Shown piece by piece: positions 17,631 through 28,822 of a stretch of DNA of 64,000 nucleotides; position 1 is the first letter of the stretch, and every line of letters starts with the position of its first letter. A program made the position numbers and the translations under genes. Source of the DNA: Neisseriaceae bacterium (GTDB taxonomy: Bacteria; Pseudomonadota; Gammaproteobacteria; Burkholderiales; UBA11063). The notes below the pieces were generated by a model. It was not told the origin of the DNA, did no database searches, and was given only the letters and a program-made list of their open reading frames with translations. Location of the stretch: contig JBKDHQ010000163.1 in NCBI GenBank assembly GCA_046336365.1, positions 2,316 through 66,315 on the forward strand, read 5' to 3'.

Positions 17631-18152
17631 ATGTCTAATAACCGTAATAATAAAACAAATAAAACCAAAATGAAATCTGTAGCATCTTTGCAGAATCTTC
17701 CACAAGAAATAATTAGTATTCATCAATTCAGTAAAATAGCTATGACTTTTTGGATTGGTGGTAGTTTAATGATTGCAACAGTTATCTTGCCATTGCTATT
17801 TAAAACTCTTGATGTGGTTACAGCTTCTCAATTAGCCGGTAGTATTTTAAGTATTTTAGCCTATATAGGGGTAGTATGTTTACTAATTGCTTTAGTTGAG
17901 GTTGTCGTTAATCACAAGCTGAAATTAATAAAAACCAAACGATTTTGGTACATATTAGCTATGGGTTCTATTCTAATTGTTAATTATTTTGCAATTTTTC
18001 CAATGGTTGCAAGATTTAGAAGGCAGATATCAACTGTTGCACACCAAATTTTATCAGTACAATCTAATGTTTTTGATTTTTGGCATTCCTTGTCTGCTGT
18101 GACATTTGTATCTGGTTGTATTCTAGGTGTGCTTTATCTAATTGAAATGTAA
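17631..18152 (+). CDS. Integral membrane protein (DUF4149/TMEM205-like, tentative)
   Basis: Four hydrophobic segments after a basic N-terminus. The family assignment is from memory of its topology only. Confidence 0.45.
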   Translation: MSNNRNNKTNKTKMKSVASLQNLPQEIISIHQFSKIAMTFWIGGSLMIATVILPLLFKTLDVVTASQLAGSILSILAYIGVVCLLIALVEVVVNHKLKLIKTKRFWYILAMGSILIVNYFAIFPMVARFRRQISTVAHQILSVQSNVFDFWHSLSAVTFVSGCILGVLYLIEM

Positions 18153-18284
18153 TAGAGAGTTTGTTCTATAAGATAATCTATATTATTTCAAGTTTTTAGT
18201 ATATAACCGGTTAGAGTATTTCAAGGATCTTGCAATCAGTATATTGTATAAACTAACTTATTTAGTTATTAATATTTATACAAA

Positions 18285-19145
18285 TTACCCAATTTGAGAA
18301 ATCGGTATAACGGTTGATACATCTTCTTTATCAAAAGCAATATCGCCATCTAAAAATGGGGCTCCATTTGTACGCAAGCTTTTAAAATCATATTTTAGAT
18401 TATCCATTAAATGAGATGGTACAATATTTTGTATAGAGCGAAACATGCTTTCAATCCTACCTGGGTAGCGTTTTCCCCAATCTCTTAACATCTCTTTTAT
18501 AACTTTACGTTGTAAATTTGGTTGTGAGCCACATAAGTTACATGGAATAATTGGAAATTGTTTGCCAATTGCAAATTTTGTGATATCAGCTTCATTACAA
18601 TAAGCAAGTGGACGTATAACGATATTATTCCCATCATCAGAGATTAATTTTGGTGGCATTCCCTTTAATTTACCACCGTAAAACATATTTAAAAATAAAG
18701 TTTCTAAGATATCATCACGATGGTGGCCTAGAGCTATTTTAGTTGCCCCAATTTCTTTTGCTACACGATATAGTATACCGCGGCGTAATCTTGAACAAAG
18801 GCTACATGTTGTTTTACCTTCTGGAATAATGCGCTTAACTGTAGAATATGTATCTTCAGTTATTATCTTATAATCTACATTTAGAGAGCTTAGATATTCA
18901 GGTAAAACCTCTTTGGGAAAACCAGGTTGTCCTTGATCTAAATTAACTGCTATTAATTTGTATGTAATTGGCGCAACTTTTTGTAATGCAAGTAATATAT
19001 CCAATAATGTATAACTATCTTTTCCGCCAGATAAACAAACCATTACTGTATCGTTATTCTCAATCATGTTATAATCATGTATTGCTTTACCCGTATGACT
19101 ACGTAAACGTTTGGTAAGCTTATTAAATTCGTATTCTTTATTCAT
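18285..19145 (-). CDS. ttcA: tRNA 2-thiocytidine(32) synthetase
   Basis: PP-loop 'CLSGGKDS', '[10 protein letters not shown]' and 'PCNLCGSQ'. Confidence 0.9.
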   Translation of the reverse strand: MNKEYEFNKLTKRLRSHTGKAIHDYNMIENNDTVMVCLSGGKDSYTLLDILLALQKVAPITYKLIAVNLDQGQPGFPKEVLPEYLSSLNVDYKIITEDTYSTVKRIIPEGKTTCSLCSRLRRGILYRVAKEIGATKIALGHHRDDILETLFLNMFYGGKLKGMPPKLISDDGNNIVIRPLAYCNEADITKFAIGKQFPIIPCNLCGSQPNLQRKVIKEMLRDWGKRYPGRIESMFRSIQNIVPSHLMDNLKYDFKSLRTNGAPFLDGDIAFDKEDVSTVIPISQIG

Positions 19146-19463
19146 GAAAAATATAAACTTATTGTGAAATAATAAAGATGATGATTATAACATTTTTTAG
19201 TATCTAAATCTAGAGATCTTGAATTTGTCCAGATACATAGTAAAATAAATAGTTATAATCAGTAATTATAGATATAGGTTTTGATTAGATTAATATTTAT
19301 AATTCTACCAAGAAATTTTATAATCTATATCTTTTAATTGATGAAAAATTTTAATAATGGTTATCCTTAAATTTTGAGGATAAACTAATATCATATATAC
19401 TATGATATGCAGATAATTGTTCTACTAGAATAATTAAATTGAATATAAGAAAATTTTAAAGTT

Positions 19464-20312
19464 ATGAAAATAAAAAAAATAAGTATAATCAAATTAATTT
19501 GTCTGTTTGGCTTATTGCAAGCTCCATTTACTAATGCTGATGAATTATTTGATGCTGCAAATAATAGAAATCTTGCACAAGAGTCTCAACTGGTTTATAA
19601 ATCTGATCAATCGCCATCTGATAATGTTACAACGGAAGTTATTGATGGAAATAACGAGTATAAGTCAAAGTCATCAAAAAATAGTAAAATTAGAGATGTT
19701 GCTCAAAATAATGATGCTATAGGTGAGATTCTAATACAAGCTATGAGCTTAATGGGCATATCTTATAAATGGGGAGGTAATACGCCCGAAACAGGCATGG
19801 ATTGTAGTGGTTTTATTCGTTATGTCTTCAAAAAATCTATGGGAATTACATTACCTAGAACCGCAGATGGTATGTCAAAGGTGGGTAAACGCGTAAGTAT
19901 CGATGAGATGCAGCCAGGAGATTTAATACTTTTTAATACTCTACATGGCAGACGAAATTCACATATAGGCATGTATATTGGTAATAATCAATTTATTCAA
20001 TCTCCTCGAACTGGTCAAAAAATCCAAATAACAGAATATAATAATTATTGGCGTGCTCATACTAATGGCATTAAGCGGATTGTTCAAGAAACTATTAATG
20101 AAGATAATCAGGTTGATGATGTTCAAACATTTGAAAATGTACGAAATGAAGCATTACCAAGTGGATATATAAAAGGGAAATACGTTGGTAAAAGTAGACG
20201 ACATCATTTAAGACATACAAGCTTACCTAGAAGAACTAGGCATGCTAAAGTGCATAAGGCATCTAGAGTTGTTAAAAAATCTGTGAAGAGCCTCAAAAAG
20301 AAAAAAGGCTGA
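19464..20312 (+). CDS. NlpC/P60 (C40) cell-wall peptidase with basic C-terminal tail
   Basis: Signal peptide present. Catalytic 'GMDCSGFIRYVF' and 'HIGMYIGNNQFIQSP'. The C-terminal ~50 aa are Lys/Arg/His-rich. Confidence 0.8.
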   Translation: MKIKKISIIKLICLFGLLQAPFTNADELFDAANNRNLAQESQLVYKSDQSPSDNVTTEVIDGNNEYKSKSSKNSKIRDVAQNNDAIGEILIQAMSLMGISYKWGGNTPETGMDCSGFIRYVFKKSMGITLPRTADGMSKVGKRVSIDEMQPGDLILFNTLHGRRNSHIGMYIGNNQFIQSPRTGQKIQITEYNNYWRAHTNGIKRIVQETINEDNQVDDVQTFENVRNEALPSGYIKGKYVGKSRRHHLRHTSLPRRTRHAKVHKASRVVKKSVKSLKKKKG

Positions 20313-20316
20313 TACT

Positions 20317-20541
20317 ATGAAACGTAGTAGTAAAACAGCAATGCCAATATGGTTAACTGAATCTGGAGAAAGAGTTTCTTGTATTGAAAAAATAAAAGTT
20401 ATGCAACAAAATTTGGAAGAATTGCAACAAATGGCACAAGATACTTATGAGGATGGTATTTTGATGGGGATTGCGCAACGTCAATTAAAAGATTTTCTTG
20501 TACAATTAATGGATGAATTATATAATCCTTATGAAAAATAG
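20317..20541 (+). CDS. Hypothetical small protein
   Basis: 74-aa frame tightly packed between the P60 peptidase gene (4-nt gap) and lolC (11-nt gap). No motif recognised. Confidence 0.4.
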   Translation: MKRSSKTAMPIWLTESGERVSCIEKIKVMQQNLEELQQMAQDTYEDGILMGIAQRQLKDFLVQLMDELYNPYEK

Positions 20542-20552
20542 GTAAAGATTTT

Positions 20553-21800
20553 ATGTTTAATAAATTTGAGTGGATGGTTGGGCGTCGATATTTACGTGCT
20601 AAGCAAAAAAATAGTTTTGTTTCATTTATTTCTTTAGTTTCTATTATTGGTATTGCGCTTGGTGTAGCAGCATTAATTACAGTTTTATCTGTAATGAATG
20701 GTTTTCAAAACGAAATTAGGAAGAAAATTGTTGGAGTTACTGCTCATATGCAAATAATGGATGCATCTGGAAAATTGCCTAATTGGCAAACAATTTCAAA
20801 TCAAGTTCAATCTAATAAGCAAGTTTTAGCTACAGCTCCTTATGTTGATGGACAGGCCCTTGTATCTTTTGATAATAATGTAAGTGGTGTTGTAGTTCGT
20901 GGTATTAGCTCAAAACTTGAAAAGAGTGTTGAAAATATAGATGCTAATATGGTTGAAGGAAGCTATAATTCATTAATTTCTGGAAAATACAATATTTTAA
21001 TCGGAGAGGATTTAGCACGTAACCTTGGTGCAACAATCGGCGATAAGATTATGCTGATTACTCCAGATGGTCAGGTAACTCCAGCAGGTATGATACCAAG
21101 AATTAAAAGATTTACCATTAGCGGAATATTTAATACGCATATGTATGAATATGATAGCGGTTTGGTTTTAATTGATTTACATGATGCACAAGTATTATTC
21201 AAGATGGGTGATAATGTTAGTGGTGTTAGATTAAAAGTTAATGATATTATGAATACGCAGGAAGTAAAACGCCAACTAGGCAAAATTTTACCTGATAATT
21301 TATTAGTAAGCGATTGGATTGATCAGCATAAAAATTATTTTTCTGCAGTAGATTTAGAGAAGAAGATGATGTTTGTTATATTAACCTTAATTGTTGCAGT
21401 TGCCGCATTTAACTTAGTCTCAACATTAGTGATGACTGTGAATGATAAAAAGTCAGATATTGCTATTCTTAGGACTATGGGTGCTAGTAAAAGAAACATT
21501 ATGAAAATATTTATATTGCAAGGTGGGATGTCTGGAATTATTGGTACAGTGTCGGGAACTATATTGGGGCTTCTTTTGGCTACATATATAGGAAACATTG
21601 TTCATTTTATTGAGCTAATAACTGGAGCTAAATTGATTAACGGTGATGTATATTTAATTGATTATCTACCTTCTAAAATATTTTTAAGTGATGTCATGAC
21701 TATATTTATTGTATCAATATTATTGAGTATTTTGGCAACTATCTATCCAAGTAAAAAAGCTGCAGATACAAACCCAGCCGAGGCACTTCGCTATGAGTAA
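20553..21800 (+). CDS. lolC: Lipoprotein-releasing system permease (LolC/E family; single copy, LolF-like)
   Basis: 'MVGRRYLRAK...FISFIS', MacB-like periplasmic domain, and C-terminal FtsX domain ending 'YPS.KAA...PAEALRYE'. It overlaps lolD by 8 nt. Confidence 0.85.
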   Translation: MFNKFEWMVGRRYLRAKQKNSFVSFISLVSIIGIALGVAALITVLSVMNGFQNEIRKKIVGVTAHMQIMDASGKLPNWQTISNQVQSNKQVLATAPYVDGQALVSFDNNVSGVVVRGISSKLEKSVENIDANMVEGSYNSLISGKYNILIGEDLARNLGATIGDKIMLITPDGQVTPAGMIPRIKRFTISGIFNTHMYEYDSGLVLIDLHDAQVLFKMGDNVSGVRLKVNDIMNTQEVKRQLGKILPDNLLVSDWIDQHKNYFSAVDLEKKMMFVILTLIVAVAAFNLVSTLVMTVNDKKSDIAILRTMGASKRNIMKIFILQGGMSGIIGTVSGTILGLLLATYIGNIVHFIELITGAKLINGDVYLIDYLPSKIFLSDVMTIFIVSILLSILATIYPSKKAADTNPAEALRYE

Positions 21801-22485
21801 TAATTATATATTAGACTGCCAAAATATCTGCAAAACTTATAAACAAGCAGATAATGATTTAAATGTTTTAAATGATGTCAATTTATCGGTATCCATGGGG
21901 GAGACTGTAAGTATTATTGGTAGTTCAGGTAGTGGTAAAAGTACCTTACTCCATATATTAGCTGGATTAGACATAGCAACCTCAGGGGAGGTTAGATTAG
22001 ATAGTACTTTAGTTCATAGCTTATCTGATATCGAATTATGTAAATTACGCAATAAGAATTTAGGGTTTATTTATCAATTTCATCATTTATTACCAGAATT
22101 TACAGCATTGGAGAATATCTTAATGCCGCTTATCATTGGTGGTTCTAATATTAATAAAGAAAAGAGAGAAAAAGCATTAGATATATTAGGGCGACTTAAC
22201 TTATCTAATAGGCATACCCATTATCCCTCACAATTATCTGGTGGCGAAAGGCAACGTGTGGCAATCGCACGAGCTGTTATAAATGAGCCACGTTTAGTAT
22301 TTGCCGATGAACCTACCGGTAATTTAGATAATCAAACTAGTAATCAGGTTCTAGAAATATTCTTTAAACTTCAAGAAGACCTCAAAACAAGTTTAGTAAT
22401 AGTAACTCATGATTTAGATATTGCAGCTAAAGCACAGACACAGTATCGTCTCCATAATAGCCAATTAAGTAGAGTTTCTAGCTAA
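21793..22485 (+). CDS. lolD: Lipoprotein-releasing system ATP-binding protein
   Basis: Walker A 'GSSGSGKST', '[18 protein letters not shown]', signature '[14 protein letters not shown]' and Walker B '[11 protein letters not shown]'. Confidence 0.9.
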   Translation: MSNNYILDCQNICKTYKQADNDLNVLNDVNLSVSMGETVSIIGSSGSGKSTLLHILAGLDIATSGEVRLDSTLVHSLSDIELCKLRNKNLGFIYQFHHLLPEFTALENILMPLIIGGSNINKEKREKALDILGRLNLSNRHTHYPSQLSGGERQRVAIARAVINEPRLVFADEPTGNLDNQTSNQVLEIFFKLQEDLKTSLVIVTHDLDIAAKAQTQYRLHNSQLSRVSS

Positions 22486-22811
22486 AATAATTAAAAGTAT
22501 TGGTTATTTGTTTTAAGTAAATTTTAATATAAATAATTGGTGTGCTTATGAAGATTAAGAGCTTCAAAATTACTAATCTGTTATGTATAAATAATAATGA
22601 GTTTGTCCTAAAATTTTGATTGTCTAAATTTTTAATAAAAAACTCCCCAAAATTATATTCTACTTTAAATCATTTGTATGTAAAATATTACATTAATTAA
22701 TAATTCAGTTTTTGCTAATCAAGATTTCTATCATATATTAAAATCTCAGTTAAAGTAAGAGTTAATATATTTATATTTAATAAAAACGTATAATATTTAA
22801 GGACATTTACT

Positions 22812-24296
22812 ATGAATAATCCTACTAGAATAAATTCAAAATTCCATCAACCAACAGGTACTGATACAAATAACCCAAAAAGAACCATTGTCATTGATAA
22901 TGGTTTAAAGTGGTTTAGTGCTAGTGGGCAAAGGTTAACTCAAAGCAATGGAAATGGTATACATAAATTTCGAGATGGGGCTATATATGAGGGCGAGTAT
23001 CATGGATATAAAATGCATGGGAAGGGTAAACAAACATTAGCAAATGGAGATATATTCGAAGGTGAATTTAACAGAGGTAACCTTGCTAACGGAAAATATA
23101 CATTTAAAAATAATGAAATAGGTATTCTCAGTTATGAAGGTGGTTTTTTAGACCTTCGAATGCATGGGAAGGGGAAAGTAACATTTGCAAATGGGGTTAT
23201 ACTCGAAGGAGAGTTTAACAGAGGTGTTTTGTCTAATGGAAAACATATATTTAATAAGCAAGAAAATGTTATTACCTATTGGGACTTTGTAAACTATAGC
23301 CCAGATACTATAATTACAATTGTTTATGCTAATGGCAGTAAATATATAGGTCCGGTTAAACAAATGCTTCCAGATAGTCAAAAAGGAATGTTGATTTGTA
23401 ATAATGATAATGAAGAAGAGGCACAGGAAAATGTGAAAAATACCATTATTTATCAAGGTGTTTTTAAAGATGGAAAGTTTGTTGAAGGCATAGCATTATA
23501 TCGTCCTATAAATTATAGATTTGAAGGTAACTTTATTAATGGAATGCGTAGTAAAGGAAAGCTTATTAATAATAAGGATGGTACAGTGATTTTTACTGGC
23601 ACTTGGCAAAATGATTGCAAGCACTTTGGGAAGATGATGTTACCTGATATAGGTAAATATAAAGGAAAATTTGAAAATGGCCAACCGAATGGACATGGTA
23701 GAATAGGCTATATCAATGGTGATGTGTATGAGGGCGAGTTTAAAGATGGCAAACCGAATGGACATGGAAAAATGTTGTATTTCAATGATGATAAATTATT
23801 TATAGGAGAGTTTAAAGATGCTAAACTTAATGGTATTGCAACTAAAATAGATTTTCAAAATGAAACATGCCTTAAGGGGGAATTTAATAATGGTGAGTTA
23901 CAAATAAATTATGAAAAAATAGCTGTTGATGTTATTATTAGCCAGGAACTTAAAAAAATGGAGAGCATGATATATAATTATGATAATCATATAATTGAAA
24001 TACCAGAAGAATTGTCTGATCCCATATCTTATGAAACTCTTGAAGAAAATAATTCATGGTGTGCTTTACCTAGTGGGATAACAAGTGATGAAAGTAATAT
24101 GGTTTATGATATATATACAATAGATAGTTTAAATGCTCTGATAGAGGATAGTACCTCAAAGGTTATCCCGCTAAAAAACCCAACAACTAGGTTGGAGTTT
24201 GAAGAAGTTCAAGTTTTAAAAGGATTTAGTTTTCTAGAATGGTTAATGCTTGCGCAATTGAAACGGGAAGCTAAGAAAATAGCTAACTTTTTGTAG
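22812..24296 (+). CDS. MORN-repeat protein with C-terminal U-box-like domain (candidate E3 ubiquitin ligase effector)
   Basis: Many 'Y.GEF..G...G.G' MORN units, for example 'NGDVYEGEFKDGKPNGHGK'. Residues ~396-478 'IPEELSDPISYETLEE..ALPSGIT..YD..IDSLNALIED..KNPTTRLEF' match the U-box consensus by eye. Confidence 0.65.
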   Translation: MNNPTRINSKFHQPTGTDTNNPKRTIVIDNGLKWFSASGQRLTQSNGNGIHKFRDGAIYEGEYHGYKMHGKGKQTLANGDIFEGEFNRGNLANGKYTFKNNEIGILSYEGGFLDLRMHGKGKVTFANGVILEGEFNRGVLSNGKHIFNKQENVITYWDFVNYSPDTIITIVYANGSKYIGPVKQMLPDSQKGMLICNNDNEEEAQENVKNTIIYQGVFKDGKFVEGIALYRPINYRFEGNFINGMRSKGKLINNKDGTVIFTGTWQNDCKHFGKMMLPDIGKYKGKFENGQPNGHGRIGYINGDVYEGEFKDGKPNGHGKMLYFNDDKLFIGEFKDAKLNGIATKIDFQNETCLKGEFNNGELQINYEKIAVDVIISQELKKMESMIYNYDNHIIEIPEELSDPISYETLEENNSWCALPSGITSDESNMVYDIYTIDSLNALIEDSTSKVIPLKNPTTRLEFEEVQVLKGFSFLEWLMLAQLKREAKKIANFL

Positions 24297-24319
24297 TTAG
24301 GAATTTGCTAACTATTTTT
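24294..24319 (+). terminator. Putative rho-independent terminator
   Basis: 'tagttag' / 'ctaacta' stem with a 7-nt loop, followed by 'ttttt'. The stem starts at the stop codon. Confidence 0.4.
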
Positions 24320-24345
24320 AGTTTTAGTAAAATTTATTCTGAGAA

Positions 24346-24684
24346 TTAATATTTTTTAATCCCATCAACATAGAACCAGGCACCAGGAGTTCTGAATGAC
24401 CATACTGCAGTGGCCCCAATTATGAATATACCTATTGTTAAAATAATCCAGAACATTTTTGAAGATAATTGTTTTTTTTGTTTTCTGCCAAATGTATATT
24501 TATAGGTGCTAACATATAAAATAAAGCCAAAGCCTATAATAAATCCGAAAATTTGTGCTTCTCTTGTAAATAAACTAACATGGCTCATAGCGCCTGGTAT
24601 ATCCTTAACTGTAGCCCAACATAAAGTTATATATAAAATTAAATAAACTGCTATACATAGCTTTTTAAAATAAGTATTTTTCAA
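24346..24684 (-). CDS. Hypothetical small membrane protein
   Basis: 112 aa with three hydrophobic segments. No motif recognised. Confidence 0.45.
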   Translation of the reverse strand: MKNTYFKKLCIAVYLILYITLCWATVKDIPGAMSHVSLFTREAQIFGFIIGFGFILYVSTYKYTFGRKQKKQLSSKMFWIILTIGIFIIGATAVWSFRTPGAWFYVDGIKKY

Positions 24685-24913
24685 AACCTGATTCCTTCAA
24701 AAATAATTTTTGCATTGTCAAACCTAACTATTTGGTTGAATACGTCGAAGATATGAATAAATAGTTAATTTTGAATAAGGGAATAATATAAGTTCTATAT
24801 CGAATTAAATTTATTAATTTGTTATAAATTAAAGAAATATCTTACCAATAACTTATTCTATTTCATACTAGAATAAATTTCAAAGGCAAAATTAAGGTAA
24901 AATTTTATTTTTA

Positions 24914-25504
24914 TTATAGTATATTATTGATTTTTTGAAGTAGGTTTTGGATTGCAAGATAGCGGTGGCTAAGTTTATTTTTTTCTGCTGGGTCTAATTC
25001 TGCAACTGTTTTGTTAAATTGTGGAAGTAGTAGATGGGGGTCGTAGCCAAATCCATTGTTTCCTCTGGGATGATCAATAATTTGGCCTTTTAATATTCCA
25101 TCTGATATTATTGGCTGTGGGTCATGATAATGGCGAATTAATACTAATGTACAGCAAAAATATGCGCTTTTGTCGGTAAAAGGCTCTAATTCTTCGACTA
25201 ATTTTCTACAGTTATTTTTACTATTGGTAGGAATTCCTGCAAATCTTGCAGAATAAACTCCAGGTCTACCTCCTAATGCGTTAGCACATATTCCAGAGTC
25301 ATCAGCTAATACTGGTAGATTCGTAAATTTGCTACAGTGTCGCGCTTTATGTAGTGCATTTTCGATAAATGTAAAATATGGTTCATCAATTTCAGTGACG
25401 TTAAATTTAGATTGGGGGATTATCTCAAAAGCAGAATTTTTAAATATTGCATTAAATTCATCAAGTTTCCCTTGATTATTAGAAGCAAGTACAATCTGTT
25501 TCAT
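24914..25504 (-). CDS. rdgB: Non-canonical purine NTP pyrophosphatase (RdgB/HAM1)
   Basis: 'IVLASNNQGKL.EF', 'ADDSGI...LGG.PGVYSAR' and 'RG.NGFGYDP'. Confidence 0.9.
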   Translation of the reverse strand: MKQIVLASNNQGKLDEFNAIFKNSAFEIIPQSKFNVTEIDEPYFTFIENALHKARHCSKFTNLPVLADDSGICANALGGRPGVYSARFAGIPTNSKNNCRKLVEELEPFTDKSAYFCCTLVLIRHYHDPQPIISDGILKGQIIDHPRGNNGFGYDPHLLLPQFNKTVAELDPAEKNKLSHRYLAIQNLLQKINNIL

Positions 25505-25525
25505 AAATATTCCACACTTACTTTA

Positions 25526-27601
25526 CTACCTAACACGCATACCAGGTTTTGCACCAGTATGTGGCTCTAATATATAAATTCCGCTGTTTTTATCTTCAAA
25601 GCTTGCTGCTAAGACCATTCCTTCACTAATGCCAAATTTCATCTTTCTTGGAGCAAGGTTTGCTACCATCACAGTATGTTTGCCAATTAAGGTCTCAGGT
25701 GAATAAACTGCCTTGATCCCGGCAAATACATTACGTGTTTCGCTACCAATATCAAGAGTTAATTGAATTAGCTTATCGGCTCCATCAACATGTTTTGCAT
25801 CAATGATTTTAGCAATACGTAAATCTAGTTTACTAAAGTCATCAATATTGATTGTATTTGCGATAGGTTCATATATTGACTCAGATTGTTTATCTTGTAT
25901 AGGTATATCTTGACCTTGTTGGGTGTTACTTCCATCGTTATTTGCTTCGAATAGTTTTTCTATCATGGTGTTATCAATCCTTTTAATTAAGTGAGTGTAC
26001 TGGTTAATTTTATGATCAAATAGAAGTGTTTCCAAATCATTCCAGATTAATGGCTTAATATTTAAATATGTCTCAATATCAGTAGCTAATTTTGGTGTTA
26101 TCGGTTTTAAATAGATGGTTAATATCCTAAATGCATTAATCAGTATGGTACATATTTCATGTAAGTGGTTAAGTTTATCCTTATCTTTAGCTAATATCCA
26201 TGGTTTTGTTTCATCAACATAAATATTGACTTGATCTACCAATAGCATAATTGAGCGGATAGCTTTTGCAAATTCACGATTCTGGTAGTATGATGAGATT
26301 TCAAATTGCGCTGCTTTGATTTGCACTAGTAAAGTGTTATCGTTTATATTGCTTGTTAGTTGATTATCAAAAAATTTTGTCAGAAAGCTTGATGTTCTTG
26401 CTGCAATATTTACAAACTTGCCAACTAATTCAGAATTTACTCGTAAGACAAAATCATCTACCGAAAAATCAACATCCTCAATTTTATTAGTCAATTTACT
26501 AGCTAAATAATAACGAAATAAATTAGTTGGTATTCCAGATTTTACCAATTGGCTTGCATTAATAAATGTTGCACGTGATTTAGACATTTTTTGTCCATTA
26601 ATAGTCAAAAATCCGTGAGCAAAAATATTGCTAGGTATATTATAGCCTGAAAAATTAAGTACAGCAGGCCAAAATAAAGCATGAAAGTATTGAATGTCTT
26701 TACCAATAAAATGGCAAATTTCAGTGTCAGGGTTATTCCATAATTGTTGAAAATTCAAATTATTTATTTTGCAGTAATTGAGTAAGCTACCCATGTATCC
26801 AATTGGAGCATCAAGCCATACATAAAAATATTTATCATGAGTCCCAGGTATCAGAAAGCCTAAGTAAGGCCCATCTCGTGAAATATCCCAGTCTTGCAAT
26901 CCAGATGTTAACCATTCCCGCATCTTATTAATTGATTCTTGTTGCATACGATCATTACTATTTAGCCATTCCTCTAAAAATTCTTTACATTCACTTAAGC
27001 GGAAAAAGTAATGTTCAGATTCTTTTATAATTGGCTTACTGCCAGATATTACTGAATATGGATCAACTAAATCAATAGGCAGATAGGTTGCCCCACAAAC
27101 TTCACAATTATCACCATATTGATCAACTGCACTGCATTTAGGACAAATTCCTTTAACATATCTGTCCGGTAAAAACATTCCCTTTTCTTTATCAAATAGC
27201 TGTTTAATTGTTTTAGTGCAGATCTTATTGTTTTGTTTTAACTTATTAAATATATCATAAACAAAATGTTTATTTTCTTCAGAGTCTGTTGTATAATAGT
27301 TATCAAAATTAATATCAAAAGCTTTTGAATCTTCAAGATGTCTTTTAAAAATATTATTAGTTAGTTCTTTTGGTGTGATTTTTAATTGTTCAGCTTTTAA
27401 CATTATAGGTGTACCGTGTGCATCATCAGCACAGATAAAGTGGCAACTATGACCTTGCATTTTTTGAAAGCGTACCCAAATGTCAGCTTGGGTTTGTTCT
27501 AGCATATGACCGAGATGTAAGTCTGCATTAGCATACGGTAGTGCAGTTGTTACAATAATAGTTCTTTTATTGTTCTTATTACTCACTATTAAGACTCTCA
27601 A
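25526..27601 (-). CDS. metG: Methionine--tRNA ligase (with C-terminal tRNA-binding domain)
   Basis: '[13 protein letters not shown]' (HIGH), zinc knuckle 'CPKCS...CEVCG', 'KMSKS' and a C-terminal EMAP/Trbp111-like domain. The track start is TTG, and a GTG at 27586 is an alternative. Confidence 0.95.
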   Translation of the reverse strand: MRVLIVSNKNNKRTIIVTTALPYANADLHLGHMLEQTQADIWVRFQKMQGHSCHFICADDAHGTPIMLKAEQLKITPKELTNNIFKRHLEDSKAFDINFDNYYTTDSEENKHFVYDIFNKLKQNNKICTKTIKQLFDKEKGMFLPDRYVKGICPKCSAVDQYGDNCEVCGATYLPIDLVDPYSVISGSKPIIKESEHYFFRLSECKEFLEEWLNSNDRMQQESINKMREWLTSGLQDWDISRDGPYLGFLIPGTHDKYFYVWLDAPIGYMGSLLNYCKINNLNFQQLWNNPDTEICHFIGKDIQYFHALFWPAVLNFSGYNIPSNIFAHGFLTINGQKMSKSRATFINASQLVKSGIPTNLFRYYLASKLTNKIEDVDFSVDDFVLRVNSELVGKFVNIAARTSSFLTKFFDNQLTSNINDNTLLVQIKAAQFEISSYYQNREFAKAIRSIMLLVDQVNIYVDETKPWILAKDKDKLNHLHEICTILINAFRILTIYLKPITPKLATDIETYLNIKPLIWNDLETLLFDHKINQYTHLIKRIDNTMIEKLFEANNDGSNTQQGQDIPIQDKQSESIYEPIANTINIDDFSKLDLRIAKIIDAKHVDGADKLIQLTLDIGSETRNVFAGIKAVYSPETLIGKHTVMVANLAPRKMKFGISEGMVLAASFEDKNSGIYILEPHTGAKPGMRVR

Positions 27602-27844
27602 ATTAGTAAAATAACGGGTATTATAACATAAAATGCGAGTATAATAACGGGTATAGTCTTTATATTAAGCTAAATACTTTAATATTTTCCTGATCTAAAG
27701 AGGCTTGGTGTATAAGTTTTTATAGTGAGAATTATGTGGGGTAATCCCCATAAATCCTATATCAATATATTTTTCCAAAAATCATTATTTTAAAATGAGT
27801 TTATTTATACTCAAATTTTATGTCAGTTGTAGGTTCATAAAACT

Positions 27845-28705
27845 ATGTTAGACAAAATATCTGATGTGGTACCGCATAAGGTACGAACTGGAATTATGAG
27901 AATTCCTAATATTAAAAATATTATTGCAATTACTTCTGGAAAGGGAGGGGTGGGTAAGTCAACCACTGCATTTAACTTGGCTATTGCGCTTAGTAAAATG
28001 GGGCTAAATATTGGGTTATTGGATGCTGATATTTATGGGCCTTCTATACCAACTTTGGTTGGAGAAAAATTATTTAAACCAGAAGTGCAAGATAATTGTT
28101 TTGTTCCATTAAATAAATTTGATATTAAAATTTTATCTTTCGGTTTTTTAATTGATGAAAAGCAGCCGGCAATTTGGCGTGGTGCAATAGTTAATAAAGC
28201 TTTACACCAACTACTTTTTGATACTAAATGGGGTGAATTAGATATTTTGGTTGTTGATATGCCGCCAGGAACTGGTGATATACATTTAACTATGTGCCAA
28301 AAAATGCCGATTACTGGAGTAGTAACTGTTACTACCCCTCAAGATATTGCACTAGTTGATGTGACAAAATCTATTGGAATGTATACAAAAATGGATATAC
28401 CATGCCTTGGCATCATTGAGAATATGAGCATGCATATTTGTAGCCAATGTGGCCATCAGGAACCAATTTTTGGATCGTATGGTGCAAAGAAATTAGCTTC
28501 TGAATTTAACTTGGATGTTTTGGCTGAATTACCCTTGAATATAAAGATTCGTGAGTCTGGAGATATGGGTAACTCTATAATTGATGAGGATTCTTCATTA
28601 GCTGAAATATACTTGTTATTATCAAAACGCTTATTAGATAATTTATCTAAATTACCAAAAGACTTTTCAGCTAAATTTGGAAAAATTGCAGTTGTCAAAA
28701 AATGA
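27845..28705 (+). CDS. apbC: Fe-S cluster carrier ATPase Mrp/ApbC
   Basis: Deviant Walker A 'SGKGGVGKST', 'DMPPGTGD' and 'CSQCGH'. It is divergent from metG, as in E. coli. Confidence 0.9.
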   Translation: MLDKISDVVPHKVRTGIMRIPNIKNIIAITSGKGGVGKSTTAFNLAIALSKMGLNIGLLDADIYGPSIPTLVGEKLFKPEVQDNCFVPLNKFDIKILSFGFLIDEKQPAIWRGAIVNKALHQLLFDTKWGELDILVVDMPPGTGDIHLTMCQKMPITGVVTVTTPQDIALVDVTKSIGMYTKMDIPCLGIIENMSMHICSQCGHQEPIFGSYGAKKLASEFNLDVLAELPLNIKIRESGDMGNSIIDEDSSLAEIYLLLSKRLLDNLSKLPKDFSAKFGKIAVVKK

Positions 28706-28822
28706 TATAATCATTGGTTAAAACATATATACATATATCTAATAATTGATATAAGTATCTTATTTAATTTACAACTTAATTTAAATAATATATCACATAT
28801 ATTTTCTTGACTAGATGGGGCT

